Assembly: GCA_963663165.1 (NCBI GenBank)
Contig: OY760175.1
Location: forward strand, 4,736,001-4,800,000
Reading direction: 5' to 3'
Origin: an uncultured Desulfospira sp.
GTDB lineage: Bacteria; Desulfobacterota; Desulfobacteria; Desulfobacterales; Desulfobacteraceae
Length of the DNA stretch: 64,000 nucleotides
The translations under genes and the position numbers were made by a program. Positions 28,669-39,256 of this stretch are shown one piece after another. The notes below the pieces were generated by a model. It saw only the letters and a program-made list of their open reading frames with translations. It had not been told where the DNA came from and made no database searches. How positions within the stretch are numbered: position 1 is the first letter of the stretch; each line of letters opens with the position of its first letter.

Positions 28669-29321
28669 TGGCGCAAAAAGCAACTGAGACGTTAAAGACC
28701 CGGGTTGCCCAGGCATTTGAAAGGGTTGGCCGGTTAACCCAGAAACAGCGCCTTTTAATCTGTGCCGGTGTTTTCCTGGCCATAGGCGGCGGCTATTATT
28801 ATCTGGTTTATAGCCCTAAGGTTCAGCAGTTAAGCCAGCTGACCGAAGACCATGAACGGGTGGCCAAGAATCTGGATGTTTATAAGGCCAGGGCAAAGGC
28901 TTTGCCCAAATGGGAAAAGGAAATGCAGGCGGTTGAACAGGAGTTCAATTTTGCCATGGAGGCCCTTCCGGACAAGCGGGAAATTCCCGCCATGCTTACC
29001 GGGATTTCCCAGGCCGGAAGCATGGCCGGGCTCGATTTCCTCCTTTTTCAGCCCACAGCCGAAGTGAACAAGGAATTTTATAAAGAGATCCCCTTGTCCA
29101 TGAAAGTGGAGGGGGGGTATCACCAGATGGCCGATTTTTTCTTCCGGATTGCCCATATGGGCCGGATTATCAATATCAATGACCTGGATATGGTCCGGCC
29201 CCAAAAGGGAGAGGGTGACATTCAAATGAGTTGTACAGCGGTCACCTATATGTTTGTAGAGCCTCAAGATGAGGGCAAGGATAAAGACAAGGGCAGCAAA
29301 AAGGGCCATAAAAAGGGATAG
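28668..29321 (+). CDS. pilO: Type IV pilus assembly protein PilO
   Basis: LPDKREIP, EFYKEIP, GGYH, RIINI. Confidence 0.92.
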   Translation: MAQKATETLKTRVAQAFERVGRLTQKQRLLICAGVFLAIGGGYYYLVYSPKVQQLSQLTEDHERVAKNLDVYKARAKALPKWEKEMQAVEQEFNFAMEALPDKREIPAMLTGISQAGSMAGLDFLLFQPTAEVNKEFYKEIPLSMKVEGGYHQMADFFFRIAHMGRIININDLDMVRPQKGEGDIQMSCTAVTYMFVEPQDEGKDKDKGSKKGHKKG

Positions 29322-29355
29322 CCCTAGTATTTAAGATCATATATTAGGAACTGGC

Positions 29356-30036
29356 ATGGGAACAGGTATGAGAATTAAAAAAATATCAGCTGTGATGGTT
29401 GTTCTGGCCGTATGTTGTGCTGCGGTTTTATGTTCATGCCAGGAAGAAACAACGGCCCAAAATCAGCCGGCCACCCCTGAGGTGGTGTCGGCTGCCATCC
29501 CAAAGCAGCCGGCCGCTCCTGAAAAAATAGAACTGCCGCCCCCTGAAAAGATACCGCCTTTGGCGCCTGGCCGGGATGTGGAAAGTGCTGTGGGCCAACC
29601 CCCGCCCCCCCAGTTGGATCCAGACCAGAAAGAGCTTGTGGCCAATCTGATCATGGGCCAGGGCAAAAAATATGAGCCAAAGGTGAAAACCGACCCCTTT
29701 GCCCCCCTGGTGCAGGAAGAACCTTTGGACGGCACCGGCCGAAAGGTTGAGATAAGGGCCCCGTCCCGTCCCTTGACCCCGTTGGAAAAAATGGAGTTAA
29801 GCCAGCTTAAGCTTGTGGCGGTCCTTGAAACGAACCACCAGAAACTGGCCATGGTCGAGGAATCCTCAGGCAAAGGGTATGAGGTCAAGGTGGGAACCTA
29901 TATCGGAAAAAACTCAGGCAAGGTGACACAGATTAAATCCGGCAGCATTGTCATAAAAGAAGTGATTAGAGATTATAAAGGAAAGCCGAAAGAGCGTTTC
30001 CAGGAAATGAAACTTCACAAAGAAGATGGGGAATAA
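29356..30036 (+). CDS. pilP: Type IV pilus lipoprotein PilP
   Basis: Lipobox, DPFAP, PLEKMELSQLKLV, GTYIGKNSG. Confidence 0.9.
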   Translation: MGTGMRIKKISAVMVVLAVCCAAVLCSCQEETTAQNQPATPEVVSAAIPKQPAAPEKIELPPPEKIPPLAPGRDVESAVGQPPPPQLDPDQKELVANLIMGQGKKYEPKVKTDPFAPLVQEEPLDGTGRKVEIRAPSRPLTPLEKMELSQLKLVAVLETNHQKLAMVEESSGKGYEVKVGTYIGKNSGKVTQIKSGSIVIKEVIRDYKGKPKERFQEMKLHKEDGE

Positions 30037-30037
30037 T

Positions 30038-32473
30038 ATGCCTTTTTTTCAGTTTAACATGATTATTTCCAGGATGATAATGGGAGGCCTCATTATCGTT
30101 TCATCCCTGATTTGCGGCTGTGTTTCCCAAAACGGCCAGACCGCGTCCATGGAAGATCAGCCGGCCGTGGTTGAATCAACAGAGGCTGCCGGCGGCAAAA
30201 CCGTGGCAGCCACCGGTGATGACGCGGCCGGACAGGGCATGATTACAGCGGTTGATGCCAGGGAAACCGATACCGGGGTTGAAGTGTTGATTCAGGGGGA
30301 CGCCTCCCTGAAGCGGTATACCACCATTAAGCAGGCATTTCCCTTTGGCGTTGCCGTGTACCTGTCTGAAACCGGTATTTCAGAAGGGCTGGCCCCGAAT
30401 TCCTCAGGGGTTGATATGGTCCAGGACATCAAGGTGGGATACGCAGATCAGGCCAACACCACGGCCAAGGTGGAAATCCTGCTAAAACAGGATGTTTCCT
30501 ATACGGTTGAACAGGATGACAGTTTGTTGAAGCTGGATTTTACCGGGGAACAGGATCGCAGCCAGGTGCTCTCCCTGACCGGGAACTCAGGCCAGTCCCC
30601 TAAGACCGCTCAATTTGTTTCAGAAACAACCGGTTCCCAGACAGCCTTTTCCGGCGGCCAGGCCCGGTTAACGGATATTTCATTTGATACGGAGCAGACC
30701 GGAAGGTCCACCGTTTTTGTGGAAACCAGCAGCCCGGTAAGCTACGATCTCGTCGCCAAATCAGGCAACCTCTTGTCCCTTAACCTGTATGATACCCTTA
30801 TCCCTGAAGTTCACCAGCGACCCCTGTCCACCCGTTATTTTGATTCAGCCGTTGAACAGATCCTTCCCGGACAGCTGAGCCCGGGCTCCAAAGACGGGGC
30901 CATTACCATTCAGGTCAGAGAGCAGGTGCCCTACCGGGTATTTCAGGAGCAAAACCGAATTTTTGTTGTGTTTGAGCCGTCTTCGGTCAGACCCCCGGCT
31001 TTCAGCAAAGCCAAGGTTGATTTGAATTCGGATGTTCCCGTACAGCAAGCGTCGTCGGGGCCGGCAAAAGACATTGATGACGGCCGGCAGCTGGCAAGTT
31101 CTTCAGAGGGGGACTCGGTAACGGAGGATATTGATTCCCTAACCGGTTCCGGAGAAAGGCAGTACACCGGAGAGAAAATCAAGCTGGATTTTTTTGATAC
31201 AGATATCAGAAATGTATTTAAAATAATAAAAACGGTTTCAGGCTATAATTTTGCCATTGATAATGATGTCCGGGGAAGGGTGACCCTGAGCCTGGAAGAT
31301 CCGGTTCCCTGGGATCAGGTTCTGGACCTGGTATTGAAAATGAATCAGCTGGGCAAGAAAAGAGAAGGAAACGTCTATCGAATCGCTACCCTGGAAACCA
31401 TTAAGGATGAAGAAGAAAAATTACAGGCCGCCATTGATGCCCGGAAAAAATCCCTGGAAGATAAGAAAAGCCTTGAGCCCATTTATACCGAGTTCATCGC
31501 CATCAATTATGCCGATGCCCTGGAAATCAGCAAGCATATTTATCCTGTCTTAAGCAAGGACGAAGAAGATAAGGATGTCGACTGGAAAACAAAGCCTGAA
31601 ATTACGGACCGGATCCGCGGGGCCATGACCATAGATACCAGAACCAATACCATCATCATTACCGATATCCGGGAAAAACTGGACCACGCCTATGAAATTA
31701 TCAAACAGCTGGATCGGGTCACCCCGCAGATTATCATTGAAGCCAGGGTGGTTGAGGTTTCCAAGAGTTTTGTCAGAAGCCTTGGCATTGGATGGAATCT
31801 GTCCAATGCCTCGGGCACCACATCGGGGTTTGTGGATGACTTTGATCTTTCCTTGAACAGCTCCGGGGTTGCCGGGAAGTTTTCCTTTTTTAATATCGCG
31901 GGATCATCGGTGGCCGCCTTAAACGCCCAGTTAGAGGCCTCTGAGGAGCAGGGGGATATAAAGATAGTCTCCTCTCCCAGAATCTTAACCCTGGACAATA
32001 AAACCGCCTCCATCAAGCAGGGCGTGGAGTATGCCTATCTTGAGCGGGATGACTCCGGCGGATCATCTGTGGAGTATAAGGATATTGACCTTCTGTTGGA
32101 GGTCACCCCCCATGTGACGCCCGATGACCGGATTTCAATGAAGGTGACCCTGACCAAAAATGATGTGGCGGGCGTAGAGACCACCAGCGGGGCTCCCATC
32201 CTTTCCACCAATGAGGCCACCACCGAACTTCTGGTAAACAATAAGGATACCCTGGTTATCGGCGGGATTGTCAAAACAACGGAAAATAAGGAAGATCAGG
32301 GCCTGCCCTTCCTGACCGGCATCCCGGTTATAGGGACCCTTTTCGGAACTCAGACCAAAGAGAGCGACAGAAATGAACTGTTGATTTTCATGACCCCGAC
32401 CATTGTCCAGCTCGAACAAAGGGAAAACCGGAAGATCAGAAGAGAAGCGGCCATCGATCCTTCGAGCCGTTAA
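30038..32473 (+). CDS. pilQ: Type IV pilus secretin PilQ
   Basis: AMIN-like domains, YTGEKIKLDF, VPWDQVLD, QIIIEARVVE, ELLIFMTP; alternative start at 30026. Confidence 0.95.
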   Translation: MPFFQFNMIISRMIMGGLIIVSSLICGCVSQNGQTASMEDQPAVVESTEAAGGKTVAATGDDAAGQGMITAVDARETDTGVEVLIQGDASLKRYTTIKQAFPFGVAVYLSETGISEGLAPNSSGVDMVQDIKVGYADQANTTAKVEILLKQDVSYTVEQDDSLLKLDFTGEQDRSQVLSLTGNSGQSPKTAQFVSETTGSQTAFSGGQARLTDISFDTEQTGRSTVFVETSSPVSYDLVAKSGNLLSLNLYDTLIPEVHQRPLSTRYFDSAVEQILPGQLSPGSKDGAITIQVREQVPYRVFQEQNRIFVVFEPSSVRPPAFSKAKVDLNSDVPVQQASSGPAKDIDDGRQLASSSEGDSVTEDIDSLTGSGERQYTGEKIKLDFFDTDIRNVFKIIKTVSGYNFAIDNDVRGRVTLSLEDPVPWDQVLDLVLKMNQLGKKREGNVYRIATLETIKDEEEKLQAAIDARKKSLEDKKSLEPIYTEFIAINYADALEISKHIYPVLSKDEEDKDVDWKTKPEITDRIRGAMTIDTRTNTIIITDIREKLDHAYEIIKQLDRVTPQIIIEARVVEVSKSFVRSLGIGWNLSNASGTTSGFVDDFDLSLNSSGVAGKFSFFNIAGSSVAALNAQLEASEEQGDIKIVSSPRILTLDNKTASIKQGVEYAYLERDDSGGSSVEYKDIDLLLEVTPHVTPDDRISMKVTLTKNDVAGVETTSGAPILSTNEATTELLVNNKDTLVIGGIVKTTENKEDQGLPFLTGIPVIGTLFGTQTKESDRNELLIFMTPTIVQLEQRENRKIRREAAIDPSSR

Positions 32474-32482
32474 ATTATGGTA

Positions 32483-32543
32483 CCATGAAGCATATGAAGA
32501 GCATTTAAAAAGGGCCTCTTCATGTGCTTCATGCCCTTCATGG
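32483..32543. repeat. Repeat family E (CATGAAG-unit hairpin), copy 1
   Basis: CCATGAAGCATATGAAGAG...CTCTTCATGTGCTTCATGCCCTTCATGG; partial copy at 47545-47586. Confidence 0.7.
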
Positions 32544-32629
32544 ATTTAAAAATCAGATCCATGGTATGCTCACCGGGATTCATTAAATAAACCCGGCTCA
32601 ATTCGTGTCATAATTCTTTCAAGTTGAAT

Positions 32630-33382
32630 TTATTTCAGTTCAGATATGTTTTGTTCGGCTTTTCTGGAGAGGATGGAATTTTTGGGCGCATACCGGCGGA
32701 CCATTTTCCAGGACTCGATGGCCCGGGCGTTGTCGTTGTTCATTTCATAGGCCTGGGCCATGTCTGCATGAAGAATAAAACTTTCAGGAGACCGTTTTAG
32801 TACCACATTCAGATAGGACAGGGCGGTTTGGATCCGGCCGGCCTGAATATAGGTCTGGGAAAGACCATGGGAGGCCGTAATAAATCCCGGGAACAAATCA
32901 AGGGCCTTTCCAAAGTACAATTCCGCCTTTTGAAAATCCTTTTTCCCCAGATATGCCCAGCCAATGTTGGACAAGGGATAGTGGGGGGTGGGATAGAGAA
33001 GGTCGTCCAGCAGGCCGGTAAAGGTGGCAATGGCCAGGTCCCATTTTTCCCGGCGAAGGTACACGGCCCCTAAATTGTTGGTGGCTTCGGCATAACCGGG
33101 CTTAAGGTTCAGGGCTTTTTGAAAGGCGGATTCGGCTAAATCATCCCGTTTCTTCCCCATGTAGGCAAGACCTAAGCTGTTGTATAACAACGGGTCATCG
33201 GAGAGGCCTTTTTGGGCCTCTAACAGCCGGGAAAGCGCGGCGGTGTACTGGCCCTGGCTTAAGAAAATATCCCCTTCGGTTTTTAATGCCTGGGCCACAT
33301 TGGCCTGGATTGACCGGTCAGTTGAACTGACGCAGGCAGATAAGATCAGTGTTGAAAGAAGCAGGGTTAAGATTCTGGTCAT
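32630..33382 (-). CDS. TPR lipoprotein, PilF/PilW/Tgl pilotin-like
   Basis: LILSAC lipobox; TPR repeats (YNSLGLAY, NNLGAVY, LLYPTP); convergent with pilQ. Confidence 0.8.
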   Translation of the reverse strand: MTRILTLLLSTLILSACVSSTDRSIQANVAQALKTEGDIFLSQGQYTAALSRLLEAQKGLSDDPLLYNSLGLAYMGKKRDDLAESAFQKALNLKPGYAEATNNLGAVYLRREKWDLAIATFTGLLDDLLYPTPHYPLSNIGWAYLGKKDFQKAELYFGKALDLFPGFITASHGLSQTYIQAGRIQTALSYLNVVLKRSPESFILHADMAQAYEMNNDNARAIESWKMVRRYAPKNSILSRKAEQNISELK

Positions 33383-34881
33383 GGAAGGCTCCCGGGGCTG
33401 GCATTGACCTGGATCAGGGTGACGGCTTCCTGGGATAGGAAGTCTGTTGCCCGGGGATCAAGGGGTTTCCAGGATACGAAAATTTTTTTGGTTTGGCCCA
33501 TGGCATAGATACCGGGAATGGTTTTGACCACGCCTTTAAAGGTAAACGGCGGGTTTTCCCAGGTGGTGTATCCGAGCCTGGAAAACAGAAGCCGGCAGAT
33601 TTCAGTTTCGCTCATTTGCGGCGAAATCAGCAGGACGTCAAATCCTTTTTCGGCCAAAGCATTCAGGGCAAGTCCGAAAAGTTTGCCGGAGTTGATCAGA
33701 AGATCCGGCTTGTCCGGTAAATCCACCCGGCCAAGTTCGGCCGACATCTCAAGGCTGCCGACCATAAAATCAATTTTTTCATTGGGGGTAAAATCAAGGC
33801 CCAGGCCTTTGAAAAAGGCAGTTAAAAAATGATCAACCTGAATCGGCCCCTTGGCCTTTTTTTCAGCTTCTATGTGATGGGATTCATGAATGGCCCGGTC
33901 AATCTCCATTGTCCTGAGATGATGCCAATAGGCCTTTATATTTTTCAGGACAAGGGGGTCAATGGGGGTTCCGCCGGGGAAAATTAAAATTTTATCCTCC
34001 GCCCCCCTTTCAATTACAGGCGTATGGGCCAGGTCAAGGGTAGCGTCTGGAAGGGCCTCTTTGCCCGGAAAGGTCATGGTCCCCTGGTTGATAAGGGTTC
34101 CATGAATCAGGTCGGCATACCGTTTCAGCTGCTGGAGCCGATAAGCCTGGATTGCCGGGGAAATGGCCGTTTCTTTGGGTTTGGACGATTTTCCCGGGCC
34201 GCCGGGGGGAAACAGTGCTTTTTGCCCTAACGGGGAATCCTGAGCAAATTCGAATGAGACGGGCGGTTTGGGGATTTTGATTCTGGCCCCGGCATGGATC
34301 AGGTGGATGTCTTTAATCCTCGGGTTGAGTTGTAAAAAAAGTTTTTCCCCCTCTTCACTGAGTTTTCCCCCTTTTTCCAGAAAACGCTTGTCCATAAGCT
34401 CAGACAGGGTATCCCCTGGTTCCATGGTATGTTCGGTAAATTCAATGACCGGTTCGTCTGGCGCTTCCGGGGTGGTGGAAAACTCCACCACCGGGACTTC
34501 AACAGCGCCGGTGGCATCTTGTTTATAATCGCTTCTGGTTACTTTTTTTAAGGGGATAAGAATATTCGATTTAGGGGAGATGGCGTCAATGTTGTCAATG
34601 TCGGGGTTCATGGCCTTGAAAATTTTTAGGAAAAAGGGAAAATCCTTTTCTGATATCTCCCCTTTTTGCCTGAAAATTTTATAAAGCCAGTCATCGGGCT
34701 TGACCTCATAAGGTTCGCAAAGATAATCCGTTCCCTCAAAGGTAAAAATAGAAAATTTTTTATAAGATGTTTTAACGGTTTTCCCGTATATAAACCCGGC
34801 CTGGCCGGCAAGCAGGAAAAGACCTGCTAAAACCAACCGCAGGGTTAGGCCGTGTTTAGCTTTCAGGAAAGATGCAATCAT
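33379..34881 (-). CDS. LysM-domain exported protein
   Basis: Two LysM-like repeats (YEVKPDDWL..MNPDIDNIDAI; HTMEPGDTL..LNPRIKDIHLI). Confidence 0.75.
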   Translation of the reverse strand: MIASFLKAKHGLTLRLVLAGLFLLAGQAGFIYGKTVKTSYKKFSIFTFEGTDYLCEPYEVKPDDWLYKIFRQKGEISEKDFPFFLKIFKAMNPDIDNIDAISPKSNILIPLKKVTRSDYKQDATGAVEVPVVEFSTTPEAPDEPVIEFTEHTMEPGDTLSELMDKRFLEKGGKLSEEGEKLFLQLNPRIKDIHLIHAGARIKIPKPPVSFEFAQDSPLGQKALFPPGGPGKSSKPKETAISPAIQAYRLQQLKRYADLIHGTLINQGTMTFPGKEALPDATLDLAHTPVIERGAEDKILIFPGGTPIDPLVLKNIKAYWHHLRTMEIDRAIHESHHIEAEKKAKGPIQVDHFLTAFFKGLGLDFTPNEKIDFMVGSLEMSAELGRVDLPDKPDLLINSGKLFGLALNALAEKGFDVLLISPQMSETEICRLLFSRLGYTTWENPPFTFKGVVKTIPGIYAMGQTKKIFVSWKPLDPRATDFLSQEAVTLIQVNASPGSLP

Positions 34882-34884
34882 CGT

Positions 34885-36387
34885 TTAAGATGGATCAAGT
34901 TTAAGTTTATCGGCAATTTTTCCGGCAATATCCTTTACAAAAATTTCAAACTCGTCCGGGTTCAGCCGTTTCTCCTGGGACGGAACCATATCAGGGTCAT
35001 CGGGCAGAACCAGCTCGGGCAGGTTAATGTAATCCGGGTTGGATACAATGTGATAGGGTCCGGGAATCTGCCGGTTGAAATACTGGTCCTGGAATCCGGA
35101 AAATTTCATGGCATGGGCCGTGGCATCCAGGATGGCGGTTTCGTCTTTGGCAAGAATGCCCTGTTTCACGGCATTGACCATGCCGGCCAGGCATTCGCCG
35201 CCCTGGGTGCAGGTGATATGGCCGTTCTGGTTGGCGGTGAGCTGCCAGTCCATGATGGACTGTTCGGTCACCTGGACAAAAAAGACATTCTGCCTGCCTG
35301 AGGCCTGGTTGTACTTTCGGGTAATCTCAATGACCCTCGGCATGGACACGGGGTTGCCGATCATGGCGGCCTGGGCCACACTGGGCTGGGTATCCACGGG
35401 CTTGAACTGCCGTTTGGCCTCATCCGGTTCCAGGTAATACCGGTAAACCGGATCGGCATGCTCGGACTGGACCCCGATGATTTTGGGCAGCCGGTCGATG
35501 ATGCCCGTATCAAAGAACTTAAGAAACCCGTTCATGACAGCCGAAATGTTGCCGGCATTGCCAATGGGCACCACCACGGCTTTATGGGCCATATCCCAGT
35601 CAAAGTCCTGGGCGATTTCATAGGAGTAAGATTCCTGGCCCAGAATCCGCCAGGCGTTCTTTGAATTTAGCAGAACTACCGGATATTTGTTGGACAGGTA
35701 TTCCACGATTTTCATACAGTCGTCAAAAACCCCGGGGATTTCCAGTACACTGGCCCCGCTTCCCAGGGGTTGGGAAAGCTGCTGGGAGGTCACCTTTTTA
35801 TGGGGCAGCAGAACCGCCGATTTGACCAGACCGCCCAGATAAGACGAATACAGGGCTGCCGCCGCAGAGGTATCCCCAGTGGAGGCGCAAATGGCAATGA
35901 CATCGGAAGCAAGCTTCTGGTCAATCAGGTATTTAATGCTGGACAGGGCGCTGGCCATGCCCCGGTCCTTAAAAGAGGCGCTGGGGTTCTGGCCGTCGTT
36001 TTTATAGTAAAACCGCATCCCCGCCTTTTTCTGCAGCAGGGGGCTGGCCTCAATCACCGGGGTATGCCCTTCCCCCAGATAGATAATGGATTCCAGGGGG
36101 ATCACGGAACCGATAAATTCGTGATACCGGTAAATTCCCTTGAGGGCTGGAATTTTCAGCATTTTCCGGTAGTCTAAGATCCGCTGCCAGGTTTGGCCGT
36201 CAATCTCTTTTAACCGGTCGGCATTCCGGTCGTGGATCAGCAGCACCTGTCCGCATTCCGGACAGACATACAAGAGGCTGGTGACGGGAAACCGGGCCTG
36301 ACAGCCCAGGCACTGATAGTACAGATCCCCTTTGGGCTCGGGAATGATATGGGGCCTGATATCCTCAGGAAAGAGATTAAGATTCAT
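34885..36387 (-). CDS. thrC: Threonine synthase
   Basis: [35 protein letters not shown]. Confidence 0.92.
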   Translation of the reverse strand: MNLNLFPEDIRPHIIPEPKGDLYYQCLGCQARFPVTSLLYVCPECGQVLLIHDRNADRLKEIDGQTWQRILDYRKMLKIPALKGIYRYHEFIGSVIPLESIIYLGEGHTPVIEASPLLQKKAGMRFYYKNDGQNPSASFKDRGMASALSSIKYLIDQKLASDVIAICASTGDTSAAAALYSSYLGGLVKSAVLLPHKKVTSQQLSQPLGSGASVLEIPGVFDDCMKIVEYLSNKYPVVLLNSKNAWRILGQESYSYEIAQDFDWDMAHKAVVVPIGNAGNISAVMNGFLKFFDTGIIDRLPKIIGVQSEHADPVYRYYLEPDEAKRQFKPVDTQPSVAQAAMIGNPVSMPRVIEITRKYNQASGRQNVFFVQVTEQSIMDWQLTANQNGHITCTQGGECLAGMVNAVKQGILAKDETAILDATAHAMKFSGFQDQYFNRQIPGPYHIVSNPDYINLPELVLPDDPDMVPSQEKRLNPDEFEIFVKDIAGKIADKLKLDPS

Positions 36388-37669
36388 TTTTGATTACCGT
36401 CTGGCCTCCCATATACGGCACCAGGGCTTCGGGGATTTTCACTGACCCGTCTGCCTGCTGATAGTTTTCAAGAATGGCGGCAAAGGTTCTTCCCACGGCC
36501 AGGCCCGACCCGTTCAGGGTATGGCAGAATTCCGTTTTTTTGGCATTCTTGCGCTTGAACCGGATATCGGCCCGCCGGGCCTGGAAATCCAGGCAGTTGC
36601 TGCAAGAGGAAATTTCCCTGTACTTGCCTTTTCCGTCATCCTGGCCCGGCATCCAGACCTCGATATCATAGGTTTTGGTGGCGGAAAATCCCAAATCCCC
36701 GGTGCAAAGGGTGACCACCTGGTAGGGCAGTTCCAGACGCTGGAGAATGGTTTCGGCATTGGCCAGAAGGGATTCAAGCTCATCAAAGGAGGTTTCCGGC
36801 AGGGTGACCTTGACCATTTCCACCTTGTTAAATTGATGCTGCCGGATCAGGCCTCTGGTATCCCGGCCGTGGGAGCCGGCTTCAGACCGGAAGCAGGGGG
36901 TATAGGCGGTGTATTTTACGGGCAGCTGGTCTTCGGAAAGGATTTCCCCGGCATAAATATTGGTAATTGGCACCTCTGAGGTGGGAATCAGGAAGTAATC
37001 CCATCCTTGAAGTTTGAACAGGTCCTCTTCGAATTTGGGCAGCTGTCCCGTGCCGGTCATGGTGGCCCGGTTCACGATAAACGGGGGCAGGGCCTCGGTG
37101 TAACCGTGCTCGGTGGTATGGATGTCCAGCATGAAATTGATCAAGGCCCGTTCAAGCCGGGCACCGGCCCCCATATACAACGGAAACCTGGCCCCGGCCA
37201 GCTTGGCGGCCCGGCCCAAGTCCAGAATCCCCAAACGTTCCCCCAAATCCCAGTGGGCCTTAGCGTCAAAGTCGAAACTTTCGGGGGTGCCATAGGTCTT
37301 TTCCAGCCGGTTTTCCGTATCGTCCTTGCCTTGGGGGACATCGTCGTGGGGCAGGTTGGGCAGGGTGATCAAAAAGCTGTTAACCGCCTCATCCAGATCA
37401 GAAAGCGCCTTGTCCAGTTCTTTGATCCGTTCTGAAACCGTGCGCATTTTTTCAATGCTGGGCTGGGCATCCTGACCGGATTTTTTCATCTCAGCGATTT
37501 CAGTGGAGGCGGTGTTCCGTTCATAACGTAATTGCTCAATTTCAATCAACAGGGCTTTGCGTTTTTCCTCGGTTTCAAGAAAAGAGGAGAAGTCAATGTC
37601 TGCCCCTCTTTTTTTCATTCCGCTTTCAACGATATCTAAATGGTTTTTTATAAGTTTTATATCCAGCAT
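36377..37669 (-). CDS. serS: Serine-tRNA ligase
   Basis: MLDIK start, [42 protein letters not shown]. Confidence 0.97.
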   Translation of the reverse strand: MLDIKLIKNHLDIVESGMKKRGADIDFSSFLETEEKRKALLIEIEQLRYERNTASTEIAEMKKSGQDAQPSIEKMRTVSERIKELDKALSDLDEAVNSFLITLPNLPHDDVPQGKDDTENRLEKTYGTPESFDFDAKAHWDLGERLGILDLGRAAKLAGARFPLYMGAGARLERALINFMLDIHTTEHGYTEALPPFIVNRATMTGTGQLPKFEEDLFKLQGWDYFLIPTSEVPITNIYAGEILSEDQLPVKYTAYTPCFRSEAGSHGRDTRGLIRQHQFNKVEMVKVTLPETSFDELESLLANAETILQRLELPYQVVTLCTGDLGFSATKTYDIEVWMPGQDDGKGKYREISSCSNCLDFQARRADIRFKRKNAKKTEFCHTLNGSGLAVGRTFAAILENYQQADGSVKIPEALVPYMGGQTVIKNES

Positions 37670-37826
37670 TTTAATCCTTGGGGGTATGGGGTTGCAGGTT
37701 GCCAATTCATTGTCTGGTAAGATTCTTCACAACTTTATTCTGATACCATGGGGGGCTGTAGACAGTCAATAATTAGTTATTTGAGGACAATGGCGGGGCC
37801 GATGGGGCTGCCATGCAAAATTGAAT

Positions 37827-37916
37827 GGAGACCGAAAACCGGAGACCGGAGACCGGAATGCGCAACCCATAGGAAATCGCAACATCCGGTCTCCGGTCTC
37901 CCTTTTTCTGGTCTCC
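37827..37916 (-). repeat. Repeat family D copy 2
   Basis: GGAGACC heptamer runs flanking a GAATGCGCAACCCATAGG core. Confidence 0.78.
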
Positions 37917-37941
37917 GTTTCTTAAATGGCCCGCCAGGGCC

Positions 37942-38532
37942 TTATATCTTATAAATCACCCGGGTGTCTGTGATGATAATATCCACGGTGTACTTTCTGG
38001 ATTCCATTTGAATCTGATCCACCATCTGCTCTTCGTAGGCCAAGGAGACTTTCCTGCAGGTTTCAGGCAGTTTGGTGATCAGTTTGGCATAATAGTTATT
38101 GCCGAATCCGACCCGGCCCCCTTTATCATCAAAGGCAAGCCCGGGAATAATGGCGATATCGACTTCGTCCAGCAGGATCTTTTTGCACCGGCCGGGATCA
38201 GGCTCAAGGACACCGTCCTGGTTTTCAACCAGATCTTTCTGAAAATCGGTTATTTTATATAGAAGAAACGAATTTTTTGCATCGGTGAATACCGGCAGGA
38301 CCACACCTTTTTCAATGTAAAGGGTTTTTTTGATGATTTGGGACGTTTCGATGATTTTATAGGTTAAGGGGGTATACAGCAACACCAGCTGGGATTCCAG
38401 AAAGTTGGCAAATTCAAAAAGCCGCTGCTCGATGATTTCGTATTTTTTTTGCATTTCTTCGTCGGACAACAGTCCAAATTTCTCATCAACCTGAGACAGC
38501 ACACCGTTTTTCATGTTTTTTATTTCTTCCAT
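37942..38532 (-). CDS. 5-formyltetrahydrofolate cyclo-ligase
   Basis: GVLEP, IIPGLAFD..GGRVGFG..YY, VDIIIT. Confidence 0.85.
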   Translation of the reverse strand: MEEIKNMKNGVLSQVDEKFGLLSDEEMQKKYEIIEQRLFEFANFLESQLVLLYTPLTYKIIETSQIIKKTLYIEKGVVLPVFTDAKNSFLLYKITDFQKDLVENQDGVLEPDPGRCKKILLDEVDIAIIPGLAFDDKGGRVGFGNNYYAKLITKLPETCRKVSLAYEEQMVDQIQMESRKYTVDIIITDTRVIYKI

Positions 38533-38621
38533 ATATTATTTCCTTAAGGTTAAAATTTTAAATCATATATTATACATGGGGGCCTTCTTGTCAACCTGGA
38601 ACAGGAGTTTTACCAATGTGA

Positions 38622-38637
38622 TGGCATGTAACTTGCC
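38622..38637 (+). promoter_or_regulatory. Possible sigma54 promoter
   Basis: TGGCATGTAACTTGCC (GG-N10-GC); next gene is ~600 bp downstream. Confidence 0.45.
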
Positions 38638-38677
38638 TGCTGAGGATTCAATTTTGATGATAAGGAAAATAAAAAAA

Positions 38678-38765
38678 GGAAACCGGAGAAAAGGAGACGG
38701 GAGACCGGATCGCTCACCCTTATGGGTTTCGCACCCGGTCTGCGGTCTCCCCTCTTCCGGTTTCC
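38678..38765 (+). repeat. Repeat family D copy 3
   Basis: GGAAACCGGAG...CTTCCGGTTTCC long imperfect hairpin. Confidence 0.82.
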
Positions 38766-38898
38766 GTTCATTTTATTGAAGATGATCCTTTTTCCCCCCA
38801 AATGTCGAATTGCCGGACATTGCAGGGCAATCGCATGTAAAAAAACAATCCATCCCGGAATGAGAAATTAAGGATAATCTCCAATTGATTTCAGGGGT

Positions 38899-38962
38899 TT
38901 AGGCTGAAGGCTGAAGGGGTTTAGGGTTGCGCATCCCTTCAGCCTAACAACCTTCAGTCTAA
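38899..38962 (+). repeat. Repeat family C copy 2
   Basis: Near-identical to 21370-21433. Confidence 0.88.
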
Positions 38963-39256
38963 TTACCTTTTCTACATTATTATCCTTATCATCGAAATTG
39001 AAATCACCGGCAGGCAAGTTACGTGCGATCACCCTGCCGGACATTGCCGGCCGACTTGACAAAAAGTGGTGTTCTGTCCTAATATTCAATTTATACAGCA
39101 GCGGTTCACCTCAAATAAAAAATATTCTGCCCTATCGGTTGTATTTGCATCGAAAATCGTATCCTAATTGGCACCAATCTATTAATTTCGCGCAATCCTT
39201 GATTTCTTGAACCGGCATAAGTGTTTAATCTCGATTATAAAAAGAGGAAAGATGTT

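Noticed and set aside
38643..38712. CsrB/RsmZ-like GGA-rich sRNA after the sigma54-like site
   Set aside because: Most GGA motifs belong to the family D repeat and would be paired in its stem rather than exposed in loops.
38533..38900. 6S RNA upstream of the 5-formyl-THF cyclo-ligase gene
   Set aside because: The hairpin here is a family D repeat found three times; no 6S-like central bubble is recognisable.
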